Shown here piece after piece: positions 25,305-37,080 of a stretch of DNA of 64,000 nucleotides (its first letter is position 1; each line of letters starts with the position of its first letter). Under the pieces are notes generated by a model. That model searched no databases and was not told the origin of the DNA. It saw only the letters and a program-made list of their open reading frames with translations. The position numbers were made by a program, and so were the translations under genes. Source of the stretch: Sphaerodactylus townsendi (Eukaryota); contig NC_059439.1 of the NCBI RefSeq assembly GCF_021028975.2, positions 23,374,001-23,438,000 on the forward strand. Direction: 5' to 3'.

Positions 25305-26005
25305 TTTTAAGTGGTCAATTTGACCGCCCTCCCACCGATAAGGGAGAAAGAAATAGAGAATTTGATCAGCTCTATTAATACTGGAAAAACTCCTGAAGAA
25401 GACCTAATTCCTACAGAACATTTTAAAACATTGCCAACATGGTGGGTGCCAATTCTTGCCCAACTTTTCACACAGATTAGTGGCACAGTGGATGGAAAAT
25501 TAGCATAATTGTCCAAATTCATTAAAAAGGGGGATAAAACAGACCCAAACAACTATCGGCCAATAAGCCTTTTGAATACTGTTTCCAAATTATATGGCAA
25601 ATACCTCCTCCTGAAATTAGAAGAATGGGAACAGCTTCTACTCTAGAGCTGTGGCTATGCTAAACTCCGCTGCTTCATATTGATGTATTTGGGGCTGTGT
25701 AGGGATGGGTGGAGGATGATGATGTATGAGTCTGAAATTGTGTGCATCGAGGTATGCTGCTGTAAATTTCGTTGTGCGTGCACAATGACAATAAAATGCT
25801 TATGCTTATGCTTATGCTTATGGGAAACTGAAAATCAGGTATTATATTCACAACAGGGAGGTTTTAGATAGGGACAGTCCACTGTTGATCATTGCCTAGT
25901 GTTGTACCAATTAGCGTATTCAGCCATGAGAGCCCAACTAAAGCTTTATATACTGCGTTTGTTGATTTGGCTTCAGCATTTGACTCAGTAAAGAGAGACT
26001 TTGGC
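25305..26005 (+). mobile_element. Non-LTR RT fragment (RTE-X-like), interrupted by a Rex1 tail
   Basis: KKGDKTDPNNYRPISLLNTVSKLY...QGGFR...KALYTAFVDLASAFDSV are early RT motifs. Confidence 0.75.
25632..25819 (+). mobile_element. Rex1 3' fragment nested in the RT fragment
   Basis: Matches 15997-16170; (CTTATG)n tail; 7-bp TSD ATGGGAA. Confidence 0.85.
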
Positions 26006-26248
26006 GGCATATTTGACTGTTCCATTCTGGAGAACCCACCACAGGTAGACAACTCACATCCACGTTCTGTAACTGAGTTCAAACATTCAGCTGCAAGTTA
26101 TTGTGCTGAGTTATGACCAGTGCTGTCCTAACTACACTTACATCCTTCTAAGTCCAATGACTTGAGTGGACTTATAGGGGAGAAACTCTGCTTCTGATGA
26201 CATGGTAAGCAATGGGAATGGATTGGTGCGCAGAGAATCCATAAAAAT

Positions 26249-27196
26249 TCACCTTAACAAATCAACATGTTTCCTTTCTATTATTTTAGTTAGGGCCGCT
26301 TTTACTTCCTTGTTTCTCAAGCTGTAGATGAGCGGGTTGAGCATGGGTGTAACCACCGCATAGAAGAAAGAAAGCATCTTGTCCCGGTTGGAAGAAGCCT
26401 CAGCTTTAGGAGTCATGTAAGCAATCATTGTTGTACCAAAGCAGAGAATGACCACTGTCAGGTGAGACGTGCATGTGGAGAAGGCTCTGTGCCGGCCTTC
26501 TGCAGAGCGGATGCGCAAGATGGCACGGATTATATACACGTAGGAAAGCACAATTAGACTGCAGGGGATGAACAGGACAAGAACTCCTGACACCATGAGA
26601 CCAATATCATTAACAAATCGGTCTGAACAAGCCAGATTCATAACAGCAAGGAGTTCACAACAAAAGTGGTTGATGGTGTTGTTGTTACAGAAGCGAAGGC
26701 GCATAGTGAATGTAGTATGCACCACAGCATTGGTAAGGCCAAAGAGCCAGGAAGCCGTTATCATCTGGAGGTACACTCTCCTACTCATGATGATCTTGTA
26801 GTGCAGAGGATGACAGATAGCCACATATCTGTCATATGCCATAAATGCTAACAGGAAATATTCAATACTACCCAGGAATAAAGCAATATATAGCTGAGCA
26901 ATGCACCGGTTGAAAGGAATGCTTTTGAGATTCGTCACAATATGGACCAGTGACTGTGGCACCACACTGGTTGTGTAGCCAATGTCCAGGATGGACAGAT
27001 TGCACAGGAAGAAGTACATGGGTGTGCTGAGTCGTGGATCAATGCAGGTGGCCATGATAATGAGCGTGTTCCCTGCCAGGGTTATGAGGTACATACAGAG
27101 GACCACTGCAAAGAGGACCATGTTGGTGCCTCTCTCTCTGGAGAATCCCAGGAGTATGAACTCGCTGATGCATGTCTGATTGCCTTGTTTGATCAT
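26249..27196 (-). CDS. Olfactory receptor, class II, 315 aa; tandem paralog of 17181-18131
   Basis: NQT sequon, [37 protein letters not shown]; long shared stretches with the 17-kb gene (YLITLAGNTLII, NRDK). Confidence 0.95.
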   Translation of the reverse strand: MIKQGNQTCISEFILLGFSRERGTNMVLFAVVLCMYLITLAGNTLIIMATCIDPRLSTPMYFFLCNLSILDIGYTTSVVPQSLVHIVTNLKSIPFNRCIAQLYIALFLGSIEYFLLAFMAYDRYVAICHPLHYKIIMSRRVYLQMITASWLFGLTNAVVHTTFTMRLRFCNNNTINHFCCELLAVMNLACSDRFVNDIGLMVSGVLVLFIPCSLIVLSYVYIIRAILRIRSAEGRHRAFSTCTSHLTVVILCFGTTMIAYMTPKAEASSNRDKMLSFFYAVVTPMLNPLIYSLRNKEVKAALTKIIERKHVDLLR

Positions 27197-27288
27197 CTGA
27201 ATAATGGCTAAGCTGAGGAAAAGAAATCAAAATTGTAGAGTTAAATATGGATTTCATAATTTCAGATGTCCATTCTTTCCATCTAGAA

Positions 27289-27472
27289 CAGTGGTTTTCA
27301 ACCTTCCTAATGCTGCAATCCTTTAATACAGTTCCTCATGTTGTGGTGACCCCCAACCCTAACATTTATCCATTTTACAGATGGAGAACACTGATGCAGA
27401 GAGTCTTAGGTGATCCCTGTGAAAGGGTTGTTCGACCCCCAAAGGGGTCAATGACCCACAGGTTAACCACTG
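27289..27472. mobile_element. SPIN (Space Invaders)/URR1-type hAT MITE
   Basis: CAGTGGTTTTCAACCTTCCTAATGC...CCTTTAATACAGTTCCTCATGTTGTGGTGACCCCCAACC...GACCCACAGGTT; TSD ATCTAGAA/AACTAGAA. Confidence 0.85.
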
Positions 27473-27619
27473 AACTAGAAGCTGTGGAATCATTTGTAGG
27501 TATCCCTTTCACCTTCAAGATTCAAGCAATTAAAGCTTTTAATGTGGTCCACCCACCCAGTGCAAACATGCCTACTGGTTAAGTTCCTGGATTTTGTTTC
27601 AAGAATTTGCAGTATCTAA

Positions 27620-28175
27620 TTCAGTCAGTCAGTTTTATTACGGCCATTAGGCCAGCAAAAAAGAGTAGAGAAGAACAAGAAAAAGGAAGAACAATAAACA
27701 AAAGAAAAATTGAATTTATACAGAAATCCACGATACAAGTCTATACACAAAAAATATTATCAGCTTGTAGCATTATTACGGTCACCCTCATGTGGTCTGG
27801 CTCTTGGTCCCAACATGATTCTTCTCTTACTATATGCCAGCATACAAAATTTAGCTACCTGCTGAGATGTAAGAGAAACTCGGTCTTCCAGCAAAATTCT
27901 CACAAGAACTGAATCGGAATTAACTCTAGTTAAATTTCTGTACTGGATAAACAATGGATGAATTAAAGCCTCCCTTTCCCCTTTATGGAGTTCACAATGC
28001 AATAAAATATGTAATACAGAGTCCACTTCCCCTGAGTCTCCTATGTCGTGGAATTTTTTGAAATCTGCCCATTAGATTGGCTGATGGAAAAGCGTCAAAA
28101 CGGGCCCTGGAAAAGGCCCAGCAGCATTTCGTAGATGTTATATTGGACAGGTAAGGGCAGCCGAGGTACCTGTCC
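27620..28175 (-). mobile_element. Non-LTR retrotransposon 3' fragment (RTE-X-like) with (CTGA)n tail
   Basis: SRARFDAFPS..GRFQKIP...DSVLHILLHC; 3' UTR shared with 60689-60823. Confidence 0.7.
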
Positions 28176-29130
28176 AAGATTTTAATGGTTTATATAACAC
28201 TGGTAACAAGGGGAAGCAGTATCTAATTTAATACACTAACTCTTTTAAAGTGTGTGCATTCTTGTATAGGTGATCTGGTAAACCTGAATCACAAAAACAA
28301 CAAATAAACCCTGGGTATCAGCTTTATTTAACTGGAGCTATTATTATGTGGAGTTCTGGGTAAAACAGACCAGCAACTATTCATATCCTCCTTTGTCTCA
28401 TAAATTTTAATTCATTCAAATGGAGTTTTCAGTGGTGGAATTTAGGAAGAGACTTTTTTTGAATGGGAGACCTCCAAGAAATAACAACATGGCTATGCAG
28501 AGAAAGCAATGGCAAACCATCCTCTGTGTTTATCTCTTGCACTGAAAATTCTACTGAGCTTCCATAAATTGACTACAACTTGACAGCACTTTACACACAG
28601 AGAGAGACTGATGATCTCTAGAATGTCCTGTCATTAACAGCCTTCTACAGGTTTTGCAAATTGAAGACCATGGCTTCCTTTATCGGGTCAATATATTTCA
28701 TGTTGTGCCACCCTCATTTCCTACTCCCTCCAAGTTTTACTTTAAATACTCCCTAAATATACTGTTGGCAAGATTAACATGAATTCAGTGATTTAGTCTG
28801 GCAAGCATTCTGAGATGTATTTCAAGTCAGATATTATGACCTGAGTAGGCCTGGGGAAGAAGACCTCTGAGTGTTTGACATCAAGGCCTGAATCTGCATT
28901 ATGAATTTTTGGGGGGAGGTTGTATTGATCAGCATCTGTTGGCACATTTTGGCACAGTACAAATGAATAATCGATCTTACCTTGTTCCTTCTCTTCATTT
29001 CAAATATTGGAAAGACAAATCAATGTTACCATCATTCCAGAAGCAGTACCAAGGTTGAAGAAAGTAAAGAGATGGGACCAAACACAAACCTACAAATGAC
29101 AGTAGCTCTGACCTGAAATTGTTCTCAGTA

Positions 29131-29389
29131 TTCTCCTACAAATGGACCTTGAGCTTGTTTAGAGGTTCTAGCAGGGGAGCGCAGCTATCGTATACCCTTG
29201 ACCAAAGAACGGTACACTCCTCCTATCTGGGATGGTCATCCTCTTCCACCGAGCATGCAGCTTTGGGAGGGATGAACATGGAGCGGTGAGGTAGGTAGGG
29301 GACACCTGCCTATCCAGCCGGATCAGCTGAATCAAACCTGGTGATCAATGGGGTGACAGATGTCTTCACGCTAGATCGCCCTTACACCC
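29131..29389 (-). pseudogene. RN7SK: 7SK snRNA retropseudogene, 3'-truncated
   Basis: Minus strand reads GGGTGTAAGGGCGATCTAGC...CATCTGTCACCCCATTGATC...GGTCAAGGGTATACGA.TAGCTGCGCTCCCCTGCTAGAACCTC.AAACAAGCTCAAGGTCCATTTGTAGGAGAA (about 7SK nt 1-260); TSD TTCTCAGTATTCT. Confidence 0.92.
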
Positions 29390-30114
29390 TACATTCTCAG
29401 TATTCTAATTCATAAGGTGGGGCATTTCTGGTTGACGGTAAAGCCATCGATAGTTTTGTAGTATCTCTTTAGTAGATTTTCCTACATGCTGTAGTATTTA
29501 TAACTTCATGTAGAGCAGCATGGGAAATATACCATGACTTCACATTTCTGATCTAATAATGATCATAGTATCTAAACTGCTAATTCAGATCATTTTCTTA
29601 TTTTCTTTCTTTCTTTTCAATATCCTTGCCTCTTCTTTTAGCTTCTACTACAGCTACTAAATAAGAAGGAAGAATATGACCTACCAACGCATGAAACACG
29701 TTGGCAGTACTTCTGGTCCTTTGTCACTGTTCATCACTCCAGACCATCATTACTTCTTGTTAACCAACATTTCTTCAATAGCTGGTGGCTTTGCTGCACA
29801 CTGTATGAACAGAAGAAGTGGAACAAGTATTGAAATTCTTATTCGTAAATTTCTTGAATGTTGGCAATGGATAATTTCACACAAGTTTCAGCTTCATAGT
29901 AACCCTATGCAAAATAAATGGGTAGTTTTGGGAAGTCCAATTAGTGTCTTGTGTTCTGCAGAAGAGAGTCACCTATTTGGGAGTTGATGATTTTTAACTG
30001 TGCAAGTATATTTCAATCCCAGGAGATTAAGGTCTCTGATGAGTCTTCATGTAGTCTTTTAAAGAATAATTACATTCTCCTTTTGGGCTTTTGCTACTGG
30101 GAAATGCTTTAAAT

Positions 30115-30504
30115 CAGAGGTGGGATCCAGCAGGTTCTCACAGGTTCTCAAGAGTAGGTTACTAATTATGTGTGTGTGCCGAGAGGGGGTTACTAATTGG
30201 TGATTTTGCCACATGATTTTGCCTTAGTTACGCCCCTCCTCTCAGCAGTAGTGCACAGAACTTGAAGCAGTCTAGCAGGAGGTGCACGGACGTGCGTGGC
30301 AGCCTGCGCCTGCGTGCATTCGTTTCCCGCCCAAGGACTGGCGCAGCGGCTGCATCCTTGCCACAGCCCCGCCCAGGAATGCCCCACCCAGGAATGCCCA
30401 ACCACGCCCCTGTTGTGCCTTGCCCAGCCCCATTGGCACTACGCCACAATTTGAATTCCACCACCATGGGAACCTGTTACTAATTTTTTTGGATCCCACC
30501 ACTG
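30115..30504. mobile_element. hAT MITE
   Basis: TIR CAGAGGTGGGATCCA/TGGATCCCACCACTG; 8-bp TSD CTTTAAAT; same family as 44357-44748. Confidence 0.9.
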
Positions 30505-30637
30505 CTTTAAATCTTCAAGAAATATTCATACTGATGTGATTAAAACAGAATAATCCTGAATTTCCTCCCATAATCTTGGATATTTGTCCTATGGAATAGA
30601 GGAACAGAAACCTTAACAGACATTTTGTTCTATTTTA

Positions 30638-31080
30638 GCAGCCAGTGTGGTGTAGTGGAGAACTGAGTTTGATTCTCCACACCTCTACATAAAGCCTGCT
30701 GGGTGACCTTGGGCCAGTCATAGCTCTGTTAGATCTCTCTTGGTCCACACAGAGGCAAAGAAATCGAGTCCCAGGTTTCCACCTGGTGACGCTGTTGCAG
30801 CGGGGGAGGAAGGAGTGCGATGCCTCCTTCCTGCCGGCTGGCTAAGGCAGTCATGTGACGTGGAACTGCCATGTGACGAGGGCCTGGCAGCCTATAAAGG
30901 GCTGCGCCAGAAGTGCTCGGCCTCTTTCAAGGCCAGCTTCAGAGAAGGGATGGAAAAGAGAGGATTTTCCCTCTGGATCCCTTAGTCCACACAGAGGCAA
31001 AGAATAGCAAACCACTTCTGAAAGTCTCTTGAAAACCCTACAGGGTCATCATGATTCAGCTGTGATTTGACAACAAAGAA
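30638..31080 (+). mobile_element. Sauria-type SINE interrupted by a 222-bp insertion
   Basis: tRNA head GCCAGTGTGGTGTAGTGG, CTGGGTGACCTTGGGCCAGTCA, BovB-like tail GCAAACCACTTCTG...GCTGTGATTTGAC. Confidence 0.7.
30763..30984 (+). mobile_element. 5' (A-repeat) fragment of the Ngaro-like module, flanked by a 20-bp direct duplication
   Basis: Homologous to 46597-46790 (ATCG start, GGGGGAGGAA, GCAGCCTATAAA, GGCCTCTTTC); flanks GTCCACACAGAGGCAAAGAA at 30743-30762 and 30985-31004. Confidence 0.7.
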
Positions 31081-31346
31081 AGAGAGAGCTTTATTTCCTA
31101 ATGTTGTCTACAGATAGCCATAGTTTTTGATGCACAAATATGGAGGAATGTGGGTTAGCATATATATATGTGTGTCACCTTAGAAAATTAGGTTGCTGCT
31201 ATGGCTTGGAGTGTGTTTGCCCAACTTTGGCTTGTAGGTCAGTTTCTCCCATCCCTGGTTCAGTTCAGATCTATCTACAGTTATCTATGCTTTAGTTACA
31301 TCTAGACTGGACCACTGTAATGTACATTACTGGGGTTATCCATTGA

Positions 31347-31826
31347 GACCCCTTCTACATGGGACAATAAACATGGGTTAAGGACGGAATAAAATCCAGG
31401 TTGGGAACATCACATGGATCTTTGTGAAGTCCTCTCTGCATTCCCCCCCCCCCCAAATCCAGGTTTTTCAAGAATCACACTATGTGCAATTCTTTTCTTG
31501 TAACGCGCTTCACAGCCACGGCCGAGCAAATGGCCAGGCAGGAGGTGCTTTAGTTGGGCACGCTTCCCTTTTTTATATATCCCAGCTCACATCACTCTGG
31601 TATAAAGGGACATATTATGGCTCTGGGGGTTCATTTGTGCCTACCTGCGAAGCCACGCGTTAGTGGAAGGTAAATAAATAAACCCTGCACCTCCGTGCAA
31701 AGGAGTACACCCCAGCCAATGCGCTCGCTGTCCATAGGACAGCCAGCCATGCAAGCAGTCCCGGGCAAGGATGGATTAATTTATCCCACCTGCAATGTGC
31801 TTTAGATTTACGGTCCAGAAAGGGCC
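31347..31826. mobile_element. Harbinger-like non-autonomous element
   Basis: Ends GACCCCTTCT...AGAAAGGGCC; 3-bp TSD TGA; empty site in the paralogous segment near 45093. Confidence 0.7.
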
Positions 31827-32030
31827 TGAGTCTTCAGAAGCTACATCTATTGTTTTCAAACACACATAAAATAAACTCTAGTATTTTAAAAAAATTAAGC
31901 AAGATTTATCAAGGAACATCTTTCCTACTGTAACCCTTGGCACTAATGTGGTCAGCCCCTGATTTCTATCGATTTGCAACACTTGCATAGGACTCAAATT
32001 ATGAATCAATTCAGAAAAAAATACTGTTAA

Positions 32031-32479
32031 TGTAACCTCAGCTAATGGGTTCTGTGGGGCAGAACTTGGAATGAGTTTGCAACAACATTTTTTTTAAAAA
32101 AACAAAATGGTTTACTTTCTTAACATATAACATCAACATATAACATCACACTTAAGGGTCCTGTTCAGGTTGCATTTTCAAGTCCTTATATTTACAGTCT
32201 ACTGATACTGCCAAGTGCAATTCTTCTTTGCAAGTGGGTTGGCTCCTGAAGACTCCAAGGGCTTGATGAACAGGCTTCAACATGATGAAGGTTTCCTGGA
32301 GAACTCTTACCCATTAAAAACATTAAAAAAAACCTTTAACAAGGTGCTAAGGGCTTATACAAATCAAGGTCCGAGTCTGGTAGCCTTGTTTTCTCCAAAC
32401 TATATGAGCTCTGCAGCCTCCTGCTGTTTTGAGTCTCCAACCCTTTCTGGGTCAACCCATTCTGAGCATGGGGGTTACA
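32031..32479. mobile_element. Solo LTR (Gypsy-like)
   Basis: TGTAACC...GGTTACA termini; 4-bp TSD TTAA; second family member at 42081. Confidence 0.8.
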
Positions 32480-32567
32480 TTAACAATGCATCCAATCCAA
32501 TCCAACCACCATACATACAACAAAAAGAAGTTATACAAATAGAAAATTCAATATTGTCCACTTTAAA

Positions 32568-33548
32568 CTACTCTAAAGACAAGGCTTTCAATTTCTGTGC
32601 TCTTACATCATGAGTCAGTTTACCAATAGATTTCCTGAGAGTCTCTTTCACCTCTCTGTTCCTCAGACTGTATATGAGGGGATTGACCAAGGGTGTTAGA
32701 ATGGTGTAAAAAACAGAGAACACTTTGTTTAGCTTCCTCAGATTGTCAGTATTTGGGAGCACATAGACAGTGATTAAAGTCCCATAATAAATTGTGACTA
32801 CAATAAGGTGAGAAGAACATGTGGAGAAGGCCTTTTTCCTGCCAGTGGCCGATGGGATCTTCAGGATGGCAATGATGATAAATGTGTATGATGTCAGCGT
32901 CAATAAAAAGGGAGGCAGGGTGAAGAAGGTTGAGAATATCATTCCCATCCGTTCAAATCTTTGTCCTTCACTGCAAGAGATTCTGGCTACAGGGGTCAGA
33001 TCACAAAAGAAATGGTCTATTTCGTTAGAGCCACAGAATGCCAACCTTGTCATCAGATACATCATTACAGACATTGCCAGAAATCCGTTAATCCATGAGC
33101 CAGATGCCATGTAGAGACAGGCCTTCATATTCATCAGGGTTGCATAATGCAGTGGTTTGCATATTGCTGTGTACCTGTCGTAAGACATCACAGCCAAGAG
33201 GCCGCATTCTGTAACTACTAGAGCAGCAAAGAAATAGAATTGGGCAATGCAGCCAGGAATGGAAATGGTTTTCTCTCCAGTCAGGAAACTGACAAGAAGT
33301 CTGGGCAAGATGGTTGACGTGTAGAAGGTCTCCAAGCAGGACAGATTCCCAAGGAAAAAATACATGGGAGTGTGAAGGTTATGGTTTAATACAACTAGAA
33401 TTATGATGAGAATGTTGCCGACCATGGTAAAGATATAAATCACTAGAAACAGAAGAAAAAGGACCATGTCCAGATGCTGAAGATCACCAAATCCTAGAAG
33501 AATTAATTCTGTAACGTTGGTTTGACTCCCTCTGTCTCCAACAGCCAT
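32568..33548 (-). CDS. Olfactory receptor, OR11A-like, 326 aa
   Basis: ATG follows acceptor TTTCCTTTCTCTAG; NVT sequon; [53 protein letters not shown]. Confidence 0.95.
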   Translation of the reverse strand: MAVGDRGSQTNVTELILLGFGDLQHLDMVLFLLFLVIYIFTMVGNILIIILVVLNHNLHTPMYFFLGNLSCLETFYTSTILPRLLVSFLTGEKTISIPGCIAQFYFFAALVVTECGLLAVMSYDRYTAICKPLHYATLMNMKACLYMASGSWINGFLAMSVMMYLMTRLAFCGSNEIDHFFCDLTPVARISCSEGQRFERMGMIFSTFFTLPPFLLTLTSYTFIIIAILKIPSATGRKKAFSTCSSHLIVVTIYYGTLITVYVLPNTDNLRKLNKVFSVFYTILTPLVNPLIYSLRNREVKETLRKSIGKLTHDVRAQKLKALSLE

Positions 33549-33674
33549 TTTAATTTTGTTTCTAGAGAAAGGAAACATTAGAGAATTCAGTGCATTTTTG
33601 ACCACTGGCAATTACCACATAAACCATGGGTGTTAATTTCATACAATGGTATTGTTTATGGTGTTGGTGTATTC

Positions 33675-34184
33675 CAGTGGTGGCGAACCTATGGCACGTG
33701 TGCCAGAGGTGGCACTCAGAGCCCTCTCTGTGGGCATGCACAAACAGAGTGCCCCACACCCACATCTAGGCTGGCCTGGGCCACCGGGCTCGATTATTAG
33801 CATTAAACCTAAGACCTAGTTTTGGGGAAGCAGTGTAGGTAACCGTGTTAAGCGCTGTTAAACCCCACTAATTTTCATGTGAAGATATAAAACACGATCC
33901 TTTACCTGGGAGTAAGCTTGGTTGCTGGCAATGGGGCTTGTTTCTGAGTAAACCCTCCTAGGATCGTGATTCACCCATTGGAAGAGTTGCTCGGTTGCTT
34001 CAAAGCAAAGCTACCAACTACCAGCAAGCTTACTCCTGAGTAACGCACACCTCGGAGCCAACTGTTTTTTCTAAACTAAAACCTCAGTATTCAAGTTAAA
34101 TTGCTGTGCTGGCACTTTGCGATAAATAAGAAGGTTTGGGGTTGCAATTTGGGCGTTCCGTCTCGAAAAGGTTCGCCATCACTG
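33675..34184 (-). mobile_element. hAT non-autonomous element
   Basis: TIR CAGTG(G/A)TGGCGAACCT; perfect 8-bp TSD GTGTATTC. Confidence 0.9.
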
Positions 34185-35260
34185 GTGTATTCTCTTTCTC
34201 TGGGCCTATCTTTAGATAGATGCTTTATGAAACAGTAAGCAGCAATGTGACAATGTAAAGACAACTGCACCTGTAGGTCTGTGTTTGTCTCTGAAAAACA
34301 CCTTTTCCAAATTTTAACCGTTTAACTACTTGACTTCAATTGGTGGTATTGAATGAAATTGCAGAGGCTTTGCATTTGTAACATGAATTGTGGAGAGTCA
34401 GTTCATCATGTCCTTCACCATTGCCCTTTATATAATTCAGCTGGGGGAAAGTTCCTGGCACCTTTGCTGATTGATAGCAGCATTCTTACAGACCAACGGA
34501 AAACCCTCCTCCTTCTGGACAATGGCTGAAGAGAAGTCTTAGAGTTGATTGCCAGGTTCCTCAGTATTTTACTTGCAAGGCATTTTATTCTGTTTTTACT
34601 CTATCGTATTAGAGGGTTTTTAAATATATACATTGTTTTATGCTGTTCTATAAATTTGTATCTTTTAAAATCATGTATAATTGTTGTTATTTGAATATTA
34701 AAGGTTTCAATTCAGTAATTGCAGGTAGCAAATACATATATTTTGGTCAGTTATGGACAGTTTTACCATTCTATTTTTACACTGCTGTTGAGCACAGATA
34801 TGGTTTTTTCAGTAACCCCCAAACTTCGTGATCCATGTCGTTGAACATGGCACATCATCCTGTCACACTGTACTCTTTAGGGAAATCTCAGCTATAGTGG
34901 CACTGGCTCAGTTCAAGGAACAACGGTTCAAAGATTCACTCTGCCTGGAAGCTCACCAGTTGCTTGGTGTAGTTAATCTGTCAGTCCAGCCTACCTCAGA
35001 GAGTTGGCCAAGGCTCTTTCAAGTGAGAGTGCTATCCGTACATCATTCAACAAGTTACAGCTGGCACACAGTAGTTTGGGGACCTAAGAAACACTTCCTT
35101 TCATCCCTCTGGCAAAATGTGGACCATGTGCCTGTATTTTTATAACAAGGGCTTGGCACATATCTGTTTGTAAATGGCATGTGACCAGGAGGCTGTGTAT
35201 CTCAGGTCCCACCCTGCTAATAATCAGTGATGCCTCTGCAGTAAATTGGCACCCCCACTA

Positions 35261-36000
35261 ATAGCAGCCATCGAGTCACCGGTGGCGGCCATTGCGGCAG
35301 AGGTGAGCGACACAAGGCAAAGAGGAGGGGGACATTCAGCTCATAGGGCGCAGTTGCAGGGAGCTGCAATGATTGGCCCAAGCTGAAAAAGGCGGGAGCA
35401 GCAAGATGCATAAAAGCACCATGCCCTGAGCCTCGGCCTTCTTGTCTAGCCGAGGCTCAAGAACGATGTGACCCACCCACCCACCCACCCTCCCTAGCTG
35501 CAATTGTTAATAGTTGGCTTGTTGTAATGGTTTATTGCATAACTTTACTTTGTTGCAGCCTGGCGGGTTGGCAATGGAATCGCAACATCTGGGGGGAGAA
35601 GCCGAGCCAGGTGGCCGGTCTTCTCCATGACTTGTGCCCTTAATGAAGGGCCGGAGGGGCGGGCCGGTAAGCAAGCCAGTAGGCTTAGCTGGTGCCCGAC
35701 ACCCCAGAAGGTGCGGGTGGGGCAGGCCGGTAGGCAAGCCGGTAGGCTTAGCCGGTGCCCGCTACCCCCAGCAGGAAGGGTTGACACCAAGGGGTATCCA
35801 CCCCGGTGGCTCCTGGCTTCCTGCCCAATGCCCCCAATGGAGATTGGGGAAGGCATGATGTTGCGATCCATCTGTCTGCCCAGCTTCTTAAGTGTTTTGA
35901 TGTTTGCTAATTAATAAATTGGGCTGCGGCCCAATCTATTTCCAAGCTTTGGTTTGATGTGTTTATTTGCCGGGGAAGGGTCTACACCATCTGCACGCAA
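35261..36000 (+). mobile_element. Solo terminal-repeat unit (A+B) of a Ngaro/DIRS-type tyrosine-recombinase retroelement
   Basis: CCAAT box (ATTGG), CATAAAA, (CCCA)n, AATAAATTGGGCTGCGGCC, ends ...CACGCAA; bounded by AAT, no TG..CA termini and no long TSD; second copy at 45175. Confidence 0.6.
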
Positions 36001-36079
36001 TTATTCTACCCCAGAAATTATATGAATGGTAAAGAAATAGTAATAGTAGTTTATTATTACGGCCCTTAGGCTAGCCAAG

Positions 36080-36228
36080 TAGAGTTGTCTTTTATACCTC
36101 ACTTTTCTAACCTGAACGGAGTCTCAATGTGGCTTACAAACTTCTTTCCTTCCTCTCCCTACAACAGACACCTTGTGAGGTAAGAGGGGTTGAGAGAGTT
36201 CTGAAAGAACTGTGACTGGCCCAAAGTC
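36080..36228 (-). mobile_element. tRNA/CORE-type SINE 3' fragment
   Basis: TGGCTTACAAAC...CACCTTGTGAGGTA...GAACTGTGACTGGCCCAA. Confidence 0.6.
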
Positions 36229-37080
36229 TATTGGACTTTGGGCAATAGAAGTTTAATTCCTCTGTTTTGTTTGCTCACTGGTTACATATAGCCTCAGAGA
36301 AGTGACTGTTTTCAAGAAGAGGGAATCACCTAGGTTCCCTTCACATAGCAAATTACAGTTCTTAATTTATTAAATGGGAAGAATTTTCTGATACCATTTT
36401 AAATCAAAAAATTACATCTCATTTGGTTAAGAGACATTACTTACCCATAGAATATTTTGGAGATATCTCATTCTACTATCAGTTGTAAAATGAAAACTCT
36501 GGTTACTCTTGTGCTCTCCTCTGTCTTTTCTGTTTCTGATCTTCTTTTAGCTTACCTGTAACACAAAGAATTGTGCCCCATCTGCCTTCTCTGCAGGGGC
36601 AGCTATTGCTCCTTTTCTACATTTCTTTTATAGGTACCAGTAAAGATGCTTTTCTCTTCTGATTAAGACACCTCCTACCATTCCCCTTTGTTTTGATTTT
36701 GTGTATGTGTTTGTGTTTGTAGAGGAATCTGAGAAAACATTGCCAAGGAAGTTAATTGTGTTGTTTTGCATCCTTGAAACGAGGACCCAACCCCCCAAGG
36801 TCATGTTGTAAAAAGAATCACTCTAATGGGAATCAATTCAAAATATTTATGTTGAAGTTCCTTGTGGAAAGTGCCATTAAAATCCCAGGTGAGTTATGGC
36901 ACAGCCAAATTATGGAAAAGCCATTGGGTTTTCAAAGCAAGAGATGAACAGAGGTAGTTTACTAGTAGCTGCTTCTGTGAATCTTCGTAGTCTTCTTCGT
37001 AGTCTTCCATTTCTGTTTCAGAGGCCAGATCTGTTGAGACAGAGTTAGCTTGGGTCATTCAAGTCACAGAATTTAGACTC

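Noticed and set aside
29131-29389. Functional 7SK gene
   Set aside because: 3' hairpin and terminator missing, many substitutions, TSD present and no TATA visible upstream
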